From IMG/VR virus record IMGVR_UViG_3300033067_001661, positions 128,001 to 192,000 of that record: a stretch of DNA of 64,000 bases; one strand, written 5' to 3'. Origin of the DNA: a virus (taxonomy: Duplodnaviria; Heunggongvirae; Uroviricota; Caudoviricetes). Positions 20,001 to 29,100 of this stretch are shown here, piece by piece. Position 1 is the stretch's first letter, and every line of letters starts with the position of its first letter. The notes beneath the pieces are model-generated. The model saw only the letters and a list, made by a program, of their open reading frames with translations, was not told the origin of the DNA and ran no database searches. The translations under genes were made by a program, and so were the position numbers.

Positions 20001-21484
20001 TCTTTGGTTAAAAACTCTGACCTATCAACATATCCAGGAGCAACATAAAGGTATAATGAGTTTTCATTTCTTGCACCAGAAGCCATAGAAACAGAAGGAT
20101 AAGAAGCCCTCCATCCTTGAACATACTGTGTAACATAAGAACTCGTAATATTCTCTGGCAAACCAAGAAGAGATAATCCGCTAGCAGACCTCAAGCCGCC
20201 CTCAAAGAAGTTATCAGTTTCAAACTGATCATGAAGAACTTCGTCTTCTTGGAAATCAACTGCTGGCTCAGTAAAATCACCAAGATTAACCTTGCTCAAT
20301 GTATTATCTGCGGCAAAAATAACTCTAAACTGGTTTTCTTCTTCCCATTCCTTAATTTCAACAAGAGAGTTTCTTAGAGACTGAGGAAGATTAGTAAAGA
20401 ACGCAGGATTCTCTCCTCGGTCATTATTTCCCCAACCGGCAATATTCAAAAACATGACAGCTTGATAGCCATATGTTTTAAGCAAAGAAACATCAACCGT
20501 TGAGTCAAGAAGCTCTCTCCATCCGCTTACTGTTTGAGGATTGACATATTCTTGTCCAGGCAGAGGAAGACGACCTTGCAAACTTTGCTTATCTTGCGTA
20601 CTAAAAAGGTAATATCTTCTCTGATTGTCTCTTGCGGTAAAATATGCCTTCGGAGCATTAGGCCCTGCAAGATTAATACCATATATCCTACCGCTAATTC
20701 TTGGTCCAACATTGGCATCTGAATGGTTAGCCCAGAACCAAACAAAGTAAGGCTCATAAGATCTCAGAGCGGCAGTCCTTCTATAAGAAGCGCTGCCATT
20801 ATATGAAGTGAAAGAGTTGTACTCTTCATATCTTAGCCAAACTTTCCAGGTTCTAGTTTCACCCGCCTGAAACTTATCAACAATACCTTTATCCGTATTG
20901 ACATTTCCCTCTATTCGGAAATAAGCCTTAAGAGTTGAAGCGTCAAAATCTCCATAAATCTTGAATGGATACGAATAGTTAGTCGAAACGCTTGTCATCT
21001 GGCAAGCGGCGCTTGCTAAACCTGTTTTCCAGTTTTCAATAGCCAAGCAAGGAGCAAACCAATTAACGCCATATATAGCGTTTGGATTTCCAAACTTGTC
21101 TGTTGATGGATTCTTGACTGCCGGATAAGCAACAGCCTCAGGTCTCATACCGTATGAATCATGATTCATATGATTGAGAACGTGTCTGTAAAAAGAATTA
21201 GCTCCAGCGCCAACCCAATTGGGATGATACATCCCTGAATTAATACGAACAAATGGAGCAGATTGCTGCACCTGTGTCTTGTTCTTGACTGTAATAGTTA
21301 GATTTACGCCTCTTGATTCAACAAGCTCCCTATTGACAGTTACTTCCCAAGTCGCTCCATTATTTACAAGCGGAGTACCATTGGAACTATCTCTTACAAT
21401 AGAAGAATCATAATCATTTGGGTCAAACCATACGAGTTTCTGGCTATTAGGGCTACCAGCTTCTCTTGGCGAAAATAGTGACAT
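17090..21484 (-). CDS. multidomain protein (1464 aa) with central GH56 hyaluronidase-like barrel and C-terminal beta-propeller
   Basis: IPATFTGSIFHNFE, IRQLRPNVQKIGFFG, FDFISPAMYL, KPLYPFIW, SGCQGAIWW occur in GH56 order; propeller with YYSTDGFNW. Confidence 0.7.
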   Translation of the reverse strand: MSLFSPREAGSPNSQKLVWFDPNDYDSSIVRDSSNGTPLVNNGATWEVTVNRELVESRGVNLTITVKNKTQVQQSAPFVRINSGMYHPNWVGAGANSFYRHVLNHMNHDSYGMRPEAVAYPAVKNPSTDKFGNPNAIYGVNWFAPCLAIENWKTGLASAACQMTSVSTNYSYPFKIYGDFDASTLKAYFRIEGNVNTDKGIVDKFQAGETRTWKVWLRYEEYNSFTSYNGSASYRRTAALRSYEPYFVWFWANHSDANVGPRISGRIYGINLAGPNAPKAYFTARDNQRRYYLFSTQDKQSLQGRLPLPGQEYVNPQTVSGWRELLDSTVDVSLLKTYGYQAVMFLNIAGWGNNDRGENPAFFTNLPQSLRNSLVEIKEWEEENQFRVIFAADNTLSKVNLGDFTEPAVDFQEDEVLHDQFETDNFFEGGLRSASGLSLLGLPENITSSYVTQYVQGWRASYPSVSMASGARNENSLYLYVAPGYVDRSEFLTKDYSKGGRDWFLDLLLSGLDPWVYMPIASWYADYGPSSTTNTAYEDYVQYIESVHQAVPVTIDYIVRRECLLPNKLSWKESFVTYSSIFALGGGSSICQVGDALLGGRKVCLPKDIHITYSSNVPDIQEMIGLYQFDAYYDWTLPSGSQHSWVPVSGITNDFVSGSGDSLLWLFQQDKLDKAKATLYQNITGFGRSGGIPYIPATFTGSIFHNFELRAYNTSNNQVAVQVGNGLIMMSQYASPTLIRSSPSSGLAARTLRDWWIWAVDQSEPGWSSGKTLEQQDDYLQKKWAERWIVWINELNDVIRQLRPNVQKIGFFGAVPTRGIWSIDGLDFGSQNPDATNSLRDLEVYYWKEWMQAFDFISPAMYLWDRTANYDANLYYSQTGRKQADPIQQRIFYLMSLRNFHDIARIANKPLYPFIWNGYLRASGYTNPNISDFTYRSLYMSGCQGAIWWATVYTHNDAVATTGDMQQNWYPVSRFIEQRNFTYNIDVDPPPPISFGVGGDLSGSSSFIAKYGKYGIVSLGGIEKRDQIEGFGVQRYKNVPSGGVGDQFPEDYSGFEIVAVANSIDGIIELPKALAKYNRVELDIVNPSLVNVGMPHWTIEDTFEWVNSGAPSHLSQVHHSNILSGGLAGERISPGLQDSVAPPYQAKYCIPCNSDWYDKENSTVDYEVFTDLGNRNLSLPCANAVLNVPELGYVFVGGYGGVLTINTVTKEVNRLSFKSDRTLLVKDIRKYQNTVYILDESKLYFFDVNTQKITKDTASGLPKKLHSFVSIFGSNLVIGAEDGVYARKNSSSTWTKVVSTSLPVNVMSSPDAAMAVSDSGESYYSTDGFNWNRVGVLNNQIVNKLQKHRSQMLFGTTKGLFQDGGSFYSGNLSLQLLDILGDIEDSAAIGVNDIDSDFTKSLIGLSDGRYVVYADDFVVHTTSKLPTIHKVLIVNSDIWLFGNAYFKLASESFIRKLATGSTIN

Positions 21485-21486
21485 GC

Positions 21487-24400
21487 TTAGCCTCCGCCCT
21501 CATTATTTCTTATTCCCGAATTAGTACCCGAACCTGTCCCTGAACCCGAATTCGTCCCCGAATTGGTCCCTGAACTTGAGTCGGCTCCTGAAGTAGTATC
21601 GTCGTTAGACACAGAAGATCCACCACCAATCGAACCTCCGCCTCCATTAGAGCCAAGAGATCCTGAGCTTCCAATAAGAGACTCTGGCAAGATACCGTCC
21701 GTGTTTAGCTCGCTACCAAAAGAACCAATGTTTGAAGACGTAGAGTTATCTGCGTCTCTTGCCCAATCCTTATAAGAACCAAAGCTACCAAAAACAGCCT
21801 TGTTAACCAACTCGGTTGGATTCAAAAGGATAACCCTAAAAGCAGGAACAGTAAACGGCTGCTCGCTCGTTGTGCCGTCAGCATTCGTCACCTGAACAAC
21901 TCTTGCGCCCTCATAAATCTGGGACAAAAATCTCTCTATACCATACAAGGTTGAAACAACATTATCCTTTGAAAAGCCCGTAAGAGCAGTTATCTGCCCG
22001 TCTGAATTTCTTTCAACCGCAAGCAATTTTGTTCTACTATCTTCAAACTTAGCCTTAGCCAAATCCGCTCCAACCTTATGAGCATTTCTGTCATTATATG
22101 TTGGCAAAACAAGAGAAGCTATGGCAACTGCTGGTTTCTCCGAAACACTCATCTTGTTCATTCTCTTACCGTCAATGAAAAGAGAAACAGCAGATATGTA
22201 GTTTGTATCAGCCCAACCGCCATACTTTGCCTTATACTTTTTGTATTGATTTGCAACAGTAATAACTGAGTTAAGCTTTTGCTTAACATCAAAGCACACA
22301 AACTTCCTGAGCCTATCTTGGCTCGTACTAAATCTATATCCTATAAACTGTTTTTCACCATTTACATAAACTGTTGGTATGACTTCACTTTCGTTTTCCC
22401 AATGCAAAGACAACCTACCAGGTCTATCTGATATGAAAAGCTTATCCTCAGAACCAACAAAAAGCTTATTATCTATAACATCAAGAGATGTTGCTGGTAA
22501 TATCTCATCATTTACTTTAAGTTGAGAAAAAGCTTGTTCAAAAGTAACAGTGAGGTCTGCATAAATGTCACTATCAGAAATGGTTGCCATCAAACCAGAA
22601 TCAGTTGTTATGTAAATTCTGTCATTCCATATAACCATCTTCCTTGATATCGAAGCGTTTTCCATAACGCCAATACGTTCAAAGAACTGAGAGCTAGGAG
22701 ACTTTCTCCATAGCATATAATCCGTTATAGCAAAGAGATAACCATTCGAAGCAACAAGAGCAAATATAGGTCTCTGCTCCGTAAATTCGTCGCTAAAAGT
22801 CCAAGCAACACCACTATTGTAGGTTTCGAAAATACCAAGCTCATTGCTAACAACGATTCTTGATCTATCTTCGTCCCTAAGCATAGCGTATGCTTCAGTG
22901 CTTCTTGGGCCAAAAATAGGGGTCTGCTGGAAAAAGAATGAACCTTGTCCAATATCCCTTCTTAGCTTATACACACCTAAATCGCTACTGCAAAAAACAT
23001 TTCCGTCTTCGTCTTCGCAAATGTCTCGAATAATCTTCGCATTTTCTGCGCCAGCAACTTCAGTCCATATACTAAAATCACCAGCCTGACCGCCACGACC
23101 AAACAAAATACCTCTGTTTGTTGCCGCAAAATACGTCTGATACTTCTCCGAGTAGAAAAACCTAAGAACAGGAGTTATTGTTTCAAATCTTCTATCCCAA
23201 GAAACACCAAAATCTTCGCTTGTATAAATGCCGTCGCTTGTACCTGCTATTAAAACATCAGAATCGCCATGAGCTTGCATAATACAATAGAAAACGATTC
23301 CGTCTCCAAGGTCTTCTTCTCCATCAACAGGAGCGTAGCGATAACCGTCGTCAACAGTTAGAGTGCTTATTTGAACAGGCTCAAGTCTTTCCTTAATTCT
23401 TCCACCATGATTTATAGAAGGAATCTGAACTTTCTCAAATACTCCCACACCAACCTGCTGAGCGCTGACCCCGTTTATCCTACTCTTAGGCAGAATGTTC
23501 TGAACTTCTTCAAGATTTGAAAACCTAACCTCAACAGTTGGAGGTTCAGAAAAAGGAAAGGTCTGTTCTGTTAACTCAAAACCTGTCGCAGCAAGACGAA
23601 TCTCAAAATTTAAAGACCCCTCAACCTTGTTGAGAGAAAACAAAACGCCATAGCTTGAAGCTTCTTCTCCATTTAGATACACCGAATATATCGTTGTTTC
23701 TGAGATATCAGTTTGGGTCGTATAGGTTTGATTATCAGAAGTTTCCCAATCAGAAACAGTAATAACATCGCTAAGGTTTATTCTTCTATCGTTTTCTTCG
23801 TCTATATATTCATGCTTATGAACTGCAAGTCTATTTACTGTTTCTGTTCTTACAGGATCTTCTAGTTTAGCTATGTTTCTAACACTAGAAAGATCAAACT
23901 CTGAAACGCCATTTTTGGTTATAACCTTACCAAGCAAAATCGCATTACTAACTTGTATATTGCTTTCTGTAACAAACAAGTCAGCTTCATTTCTAAACTT
24001 ACGAACAATGTAATACGCTTTACCAGTTTTTGTTAGAGCATTGGCGTCAACATAATAAGTTACAGCAGGCAAAACTGTAGCTATAAGCTGGAAAGAAAAC
24101 TTGTTACCTATAGATCTGTATATCTCATAACCGTCAAATTGTCCTGCTGTTGGTTGCCAAGTTAGTTGAACATTTTGTCCATTCAAAGAATAAGACAAAG
24201 CCGCTGGAGGGTTCAGCGTTGTTGAAGACGTTGGCCTCAAGGTTATAAGAGCGTAATTGATATAACTATCATCAATTGGATTCAAAGATTCTTGACCAAA
24301 CAAATCAACTGTTGTTACAAAGTAGATATAGGTTGTTTCATTTTCAACCTCATAATCCGTATAAGAAAATGTTGTTGCAGAAACGGTCTCAATCAAAGAA

Positions 24401-26157
24401 AAATCACCAGGCTCAATCGAGACGGTATCGAGCGCTCTATAAACTCGATAGCCCGCAACCGCTTCAGTTGGAGCAGCGCTCCATTGAATTGTATTTTGCC
24501 TATCCGCAGCGAAACCTATCTGTTGTCTTGGAGGAGGCGGTTTAGGAAGATCAACAAAATCGGCAAAGTCAAACGAAATTGTCCTTGTCTGGCTTTGATT
24601 ACCAAACTCGTCAACGCAGTATATATCAAAACGATACCTGCTATTTGCTACTGCATAAGACGAACTCAAACTATAAATAGTAGAACGACCAACATTAAGT
24701 TGATCAATCAAGACCGTATCGGTAAGAGTTCCTAGATCTGTTCTTGTTATAGAAAGAACATTATAGCTAAATATTGACTTAGAATTCTCCCATCTCAAAA
24801 TAAGTGTTCTGTCAGGCTTATCTGTTACAGAAAGAGACTGAACGGCTTCTGGCTCTTGAAAAGTTCTAGTAAAATGCCGAACTCTTTTACCTAAACTCTT
24901 AAGACCATCAGCGTCAACGTTTCTAACTGTTATGTAATACAACGTTCTAGGTTCTATGGACTTGTAAAATGTTTGACCATTATTCTTGTAAGGAAAGACC
25001 TCAATAGAACGATACGGAACACCCACAAGCGTTGGAATCCAATCCGAAGTTACAACCGTTCCGTCCGATCTATACTCTTCTATCAATATTTCAGCAGCGC
25101 CGGTGAAGTTTAGATATGGATCGGTATAAGAAATCCAAGATATATTGATACCATTCGTTGAAGCTCCTGAATCAGAAGCATAATCAACTATTTCAACCTG
25201 AACAACGTCAGGAGGACCATCTATCTCAACAGGCAAACCAAGTCTCGTAACTCCTTCAGATTCAATATCCCAACGAGTAACCGTTTTCAAAACGATTAGA
25301 TACCTTTGACCATTCTCAAGACCGTCAATACTAATATCAGCTTTAGAAGAATCAACTTCATATACAGACTGGTCTCCTATTGGTATTCTTTCTTCATTAA
25401 CAGGAGTCATGTAAACTCTGTATGCAAAAACGTTTCCATAAGGAGCGGAATTCCATGAAATATGCAAAACATTACTTGAGTTACCAATTCTAACATTACT
25501 TGGATTAGCAGGAACACTCAAGTCCTTTTCAGTTATCACAAGAACAGCGGATGAAAGCGGACTTGCATTCCCGCTAAAATCATATGCTTTCACCTTGTAA
25601 TAGTATATTGAGTTTTCTTCTAAATCCGTATCGCTAAATTCATTTGAGGACGTTTCTGAAATAAGAGAATAAGAGATGTTATCTCTACTCCTATATATCT
25701 CATAAACATCAAAATCAACATCTGAACTAGCTGTCCAACTTATTGTTGCAGAATCAATAGACTTTGTAACAATATAAAGCCCTGATGGTTGAGCAGGAGG
25801 AGTTGAGTCAACATAATCAATTGAAAGGAAATTGGAAAAGGCGCTAATCTGCCCAATTACGCCAGGCCTCATTCTCATCCATACATATACTGTACTATTA
25901 TCAAGCAATGATTTCTTGTAGTCTCCAAACGTTCTAATAATGTATCTGTCAATCATTCCCCAACCGCTCGAAACATTCAGAGTCAAAGATGACGGAGTTG
26001 ACAATTCCCAGCCTTCTATGACACCAGGGCCAATAAGGTCTGAAATAAAAGCCATATGCGAATCTATACTCATAAACCTACGAGTATCTACAATTTCAGA
26101 GTAGATATCGCCAGTTATGAATGCTTCAAGTCCAAAATGTGGTGTTCTAACAGGCAT
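21487..26157 (-). CDS. tail-fibre/appendage-like protein (1556 aa): conserved N-terminal domain, about 6 Fn3 repeats, BNR propeller, Gly/Ser tail
   Basis: Fn3 motifs (ISWTAS..YEIYRS, YYYKVKAYDFSGNAS); Asp-box YTSEDFGVSW; N-terminus paralogous to 50288..53830. Confidence 0.8.
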   Translation of the reverse strand: MPVRTPHFGLEAFITGDIYSEIVDTRRFMSIDSHMAFISDLIGPGVIEGWELSTPSSLTLNVSSGWGMIDRYIIRTFGDYKKSLLDNSTVYVWMRMRPGVIGQISAFSNFLSIDYVDSTPPAQPSGLYIVTKSIDSATISWTASSDVDFDVYEIYRSRDNISYSLISETSSNEFSDTDLEENSIYYYKVKAYDFSGNASPLSSAVLVITEKDLSVPANPSNVRIGNSSNVLHISWNSAPYGNVFAYRVYMTPVNEERIPIGDQSVYEVDSSKADISIDGLENGQRYLIVLKTVTRWDIESEGVTRLGLPVEIDGPPDVVQVEIVDYASDSGASTNGINISWISYTDPYLNFTGAAEILIEEYRSDGTVVTSDWIPTLVGVPYRSIEVFPYKNNGQTFYKSIEPRTLYYITVRNVDADGLKSLGKRVRHFTRTFQEPEAVQSLSVTDKPDRTLILRWENSKSIFSYNVLSITRTDLGTLTDTVLIDQLNVGRSTIYSLSSSYAVANSRYRFDIYCVDEFGNQSQTRTISFDFADFVDLPKPPPPRQQIGFAADRQNTIQWSAAPTEAVAGYRVYRALDTVSIEPGDFSLIETVSATTFSYTDYEVENETTYIYFVTTVDLFGQESLNPIDDSYINYALITLRPTSSTTLNPPAALSYSLNGQNVQLTWQPTAGQFDGYEIYRSIGNKFSFQLIATVLPAVTYYVDANALTKTGKAYYIVRKFRNEADLFVTESNIQVSNAILLGKVITKNGVSEFDLSSVRNIAKLEDPVRTETVNRLAVHKHEYIDEENDRRINLSDVITVSDWETSDNQTYTTQTDISETTIYSVYLNGEEASSYGVLFSLNKVEGSLNFEIRLAATGFELTEQTFPFSEPPTVEVRFSNLEEVQNILPKSRINGVSAQQVGVGVFEKVQIPSINHGGRIKERLEPVQISTLTVDDGYRYAPVDGEEDLGDGIVFYCIMQAHGDSDVLIAGTSDGIYTSEDFGVSWDRRFETITPVLRFFYSEKYQTYFAATNRGILFGRGGQAGDFSIWTEVAGAENAKIIRDICEDEDGNVFCSSDLGVYKLRRDIGQGSFFFQQTPIFGPRSTEAYAMLRDEDRSRIVVSNELGIFETYNSGVAWTFSDEFTEQRPIFALVASNGYLFAITDYMLWRKSPSSQFFERIGVMENASISRKMVIWNDRIYITTDSGLMATISDSDIYADLTVTFEQAFSQLKVNDEILPATSLDVIDNKLFVGSEDKLFISDRPGRLSLHWENESEVIPTVYVNGEKQFIGYRFSTSQDRLRKFVCFDVKQKLNSVITVANQYKKYKAKYGGWADTNYISAVSLFIDGKRMNKMSVSEKPAVAIASLVLPTYNDRNAHKVGADLAKAKFEDSRTKLLAVERNSDGQITALTGFSKDNVVSTLYGIERFLSQIYEGARVVQVTNADGTTSEQPFTVPAFRVILLNPTELVNKAVFGSFGSYKDWARDADNSTSSNIGSFGSELNTDGILPESLIGSSGSLGSNGGGGSIGGGSSVSNDDTTSGADSSSGTNSGTNSGSGTGSGTNSGIRNNEGGG
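21490..21670 (-). repeat. low-complexity Gly/Ser/Thr/Asn coding repeat (SGTN/SGSG units) at the C-terminus of the 1556-aa protein
   Basis: Imperfect units such as cccgaattagta / cccgaattcgt / cccgaattggt on the + strand. Confidence 0.7.
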
Positions 26158-29100
26158 TTAGATCTTAACTCTCATGCTGACAAATTCATTATTCTCAAGC
26201 TCAAACATAATTGAGAAGTTCTTTACTACAGGAACATCGGAATACGAACCGCAATAGACCTGAGAAGTAGCGTCATTGGCCTTGAATGTAAACGAGTTAC
26301 TGTTGTTTTCAAATACTTCTCCATTGAAAACGTCTATAGACAAGTAATAAGTTTTAGCGGCATCAATATTTGAAAGTAAAGGCGTATAGTTTATCGTCGC
26401 TGTTTGTCCAGGATTTAACGTCTTACCAGAAACTGGCAAAGCGAATTCGTCTGCGAACCAATTAGCGATATCATTTCCGCTAAATGCCGTATGTTTAAGA
26501 TCCGTTCTTTCAGGGTCATTGTAGAACCTTACTCTAAAATGATAAGTCTCAATGTTGGCTGTTGTATTGGTGAAATCAAAGCTTATTGTATCAACATAAG
26601 TTGTTCCGCATGACTGAGTAAATGAGTAGTTGTCATAAACCGTCAAGGTTTCAACCTCATTCGTCATTTCTACTTTGACATAGTAGTATGTATTGCATCG
26701 AAGAGGAGTGTTTCCTATTGGAGTAAAGGACATTGCTGTAGTATTGTTTGGTGGAAGGACTACTCCGCCAGTTGGGAATATGTCTCCATCAGAACTAAAT
26801 CCAACATAAGAATCGCTACTATCAGCATAGTAAACAAGATTCGTTAGCCCTGGGTCTTCGTAGAAGCTAACCTTGAAATTACAAGTTCTTTCAAGATTAT
26901 CCTCGTTCTTGAATGACCACTCGACAGCATTTAACAAAAGAGGCAACCCATACGGGCTATACTCTTCAGGAACAAGGCCAGAAGCTTCAGCCTTTGTTGG
27001 AGTAATAAGTCTTACACCAACCCTAAGGCCACTACCAACTTGAGAATCATCAGTTGTAAAGATTCTATTCTCATCAACTATCTGATACTCTGCAAAATCA
27101 GTAGAGTTATTCGTATTGATACCAAAAACAACGTCAGCGGAAACGGGAAGCAACTTGGTCGAAGTTACTATTCCGCTCTTAACTCTGCTTGGAAGCACAA
27201 AGTTCGTAGTAAAGAAGTGCGTCGAATCGCTAGAAATGCTCTTGATTATAACATTTCTCAAAGACGGACTCAAACCTCTAACTCTACTCTTCATGACTAC
27301 CTTGAACTGTATAAACTGACCAGTCAAGAATGATATATCAGAACTCTGATCTTTACCGTCAACAGAGAATTCAAAAGCTTTATCAAGCAACTCGTCCTTT
27401 GTTGCGGCTGTCTTAACATAAATAGTAACACTTGTATTATCTGGTATGGTTGCGTCCCAAGATATCTTATCCCAAGCAACAAGATTATTTGTTCCATTGA
27501 AGATTTCGCTGAAGTATTCTCCACTCTCCTCTTCAACTATATCAGCCGAGTAGAACCTATCGTTTCCTTCTCTTATTGCAACCGCATTTCCGAATTCGTC
27601 TATTTTGAGAACTCTGTTGCGATTAATAAACGATGCAAGATCAGATATGGAAATTTCGTCAAAGAGATTCTCATTAAGCGTTGATTGCGCATCGTCAGTG
27701 TAAAGATTGGTTTCATTACCAGCCCTATCAATGAGTTTCAAATAAACTCTCTTGACATTTTCAGCCCTTCCAATCTTATAGATGTAAGAGTCAGAAACAA
27801 ACCAAACCGCATTGTCAAGACCGCCAATAACATCTCTAACTTGCTCATTATGAGTGTATTTTGCATTCCATACATTATCTAATGCATAAACTGTATTACC
27901 TATAGCGGCATAAAGCTTATCAGAAATAGTTCTGATAGAATGGACTGCTGAAGGAACAGTCTTGAATGAATGAACAAATGGAGAATCAGGAACCTTAGAC
28001 CTCTTAATCTGTCCATTTGCTGACATTCCCGCAAATATGTATCCTTGTCCGTTTACAGTTGCCTTGCCAATACTCAAGACATTCCTATCAGCATTAACGT
28101 CAACAATCTGTTGAGTACGATTCTTTGGATCAAGCTTGTATATACGACCCTCATATCCTGTTGCCGCATAAAGCTCTCTATCAGATTCAACAAGGGAATA
28201 TATAGCTCCGCTTATGTTTCTGAAAACTTCAGTTGTTGTTGTACCGTCAAAGGAATACAAAGCACCATATCCACCGCCACCGCCGCCAAAGTAAAGAACC
28301 TCGTCAAAGACAACGGCGCAGTAAGCATGAGTATTGGAAGGAAGAGTTCGAAGCAAATCAAACTTCATAGTTGACGAGTTCATAACCCATAACTTTCCAG
28401 AACCGTTAGGGCTACCTGTTCCAGCGTATATTCTACCCTGATACTCAATAAGGAACTCAACAGAAGCGCTTGGATTTGCAACACCGCCAACAACATCCAA
28501 AGTATCTATAAGATCCCATGTCTGGTCAACACCGTTGTAACGATAGACATTGGCTGGCTCGGCTGTGCCTGCCATCATTGCTTGATTTCCGCCAATAGGC
28601 TGATAGCTTAGAAGCCTACGACCCTTGCCGCTCTCAAAAGTAAACTGCCTACTTACGCTATCAAATATCTCTCCAACGTTATGAAGCAAGAATCTTGTAA
28701 AGACAATAGGCTCTAACGGAGTTTCTCCGTCTGAAGTAAAGTTAGTGAAATTGGAAACAATCATCTTGTCAATGCCCGAAACGTCGTCAAAGACTCCTTC
28801 TACATCATCCTCAAGAGGCGATACATTAACCTCAAAAATACTTCTTTCTCTTCTTGTTCCAAGAGTAATCTTTCCTCTTGGTGGAGTTCTGTCAAGAATG
28901 ATCTTATCAAACGGAAGATCGCTAACAGAGTCATTTATCTGAAGAGTGTTTATGTCTCCGCCGGTCGAGGCAAAGATACTTCCATTCGCCGATACAAGCC
29001 TTTCAAGTCTTGTTGCCTTATTGCCAAGAGCAATTTGCTGAGCTTTATTCTGAGCAAAAGTTCCAATCTTCTCAATATCAAAACGAACATTAACTTTGAT

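Noticed and set aside
21515-21575. Short direct repeats (cccgaa...) that might suggest a CRISPR array or iterons
   Set aside because: Units are 6-12 nt, in frame and encode SGTN/SGSG; there are no spacers.
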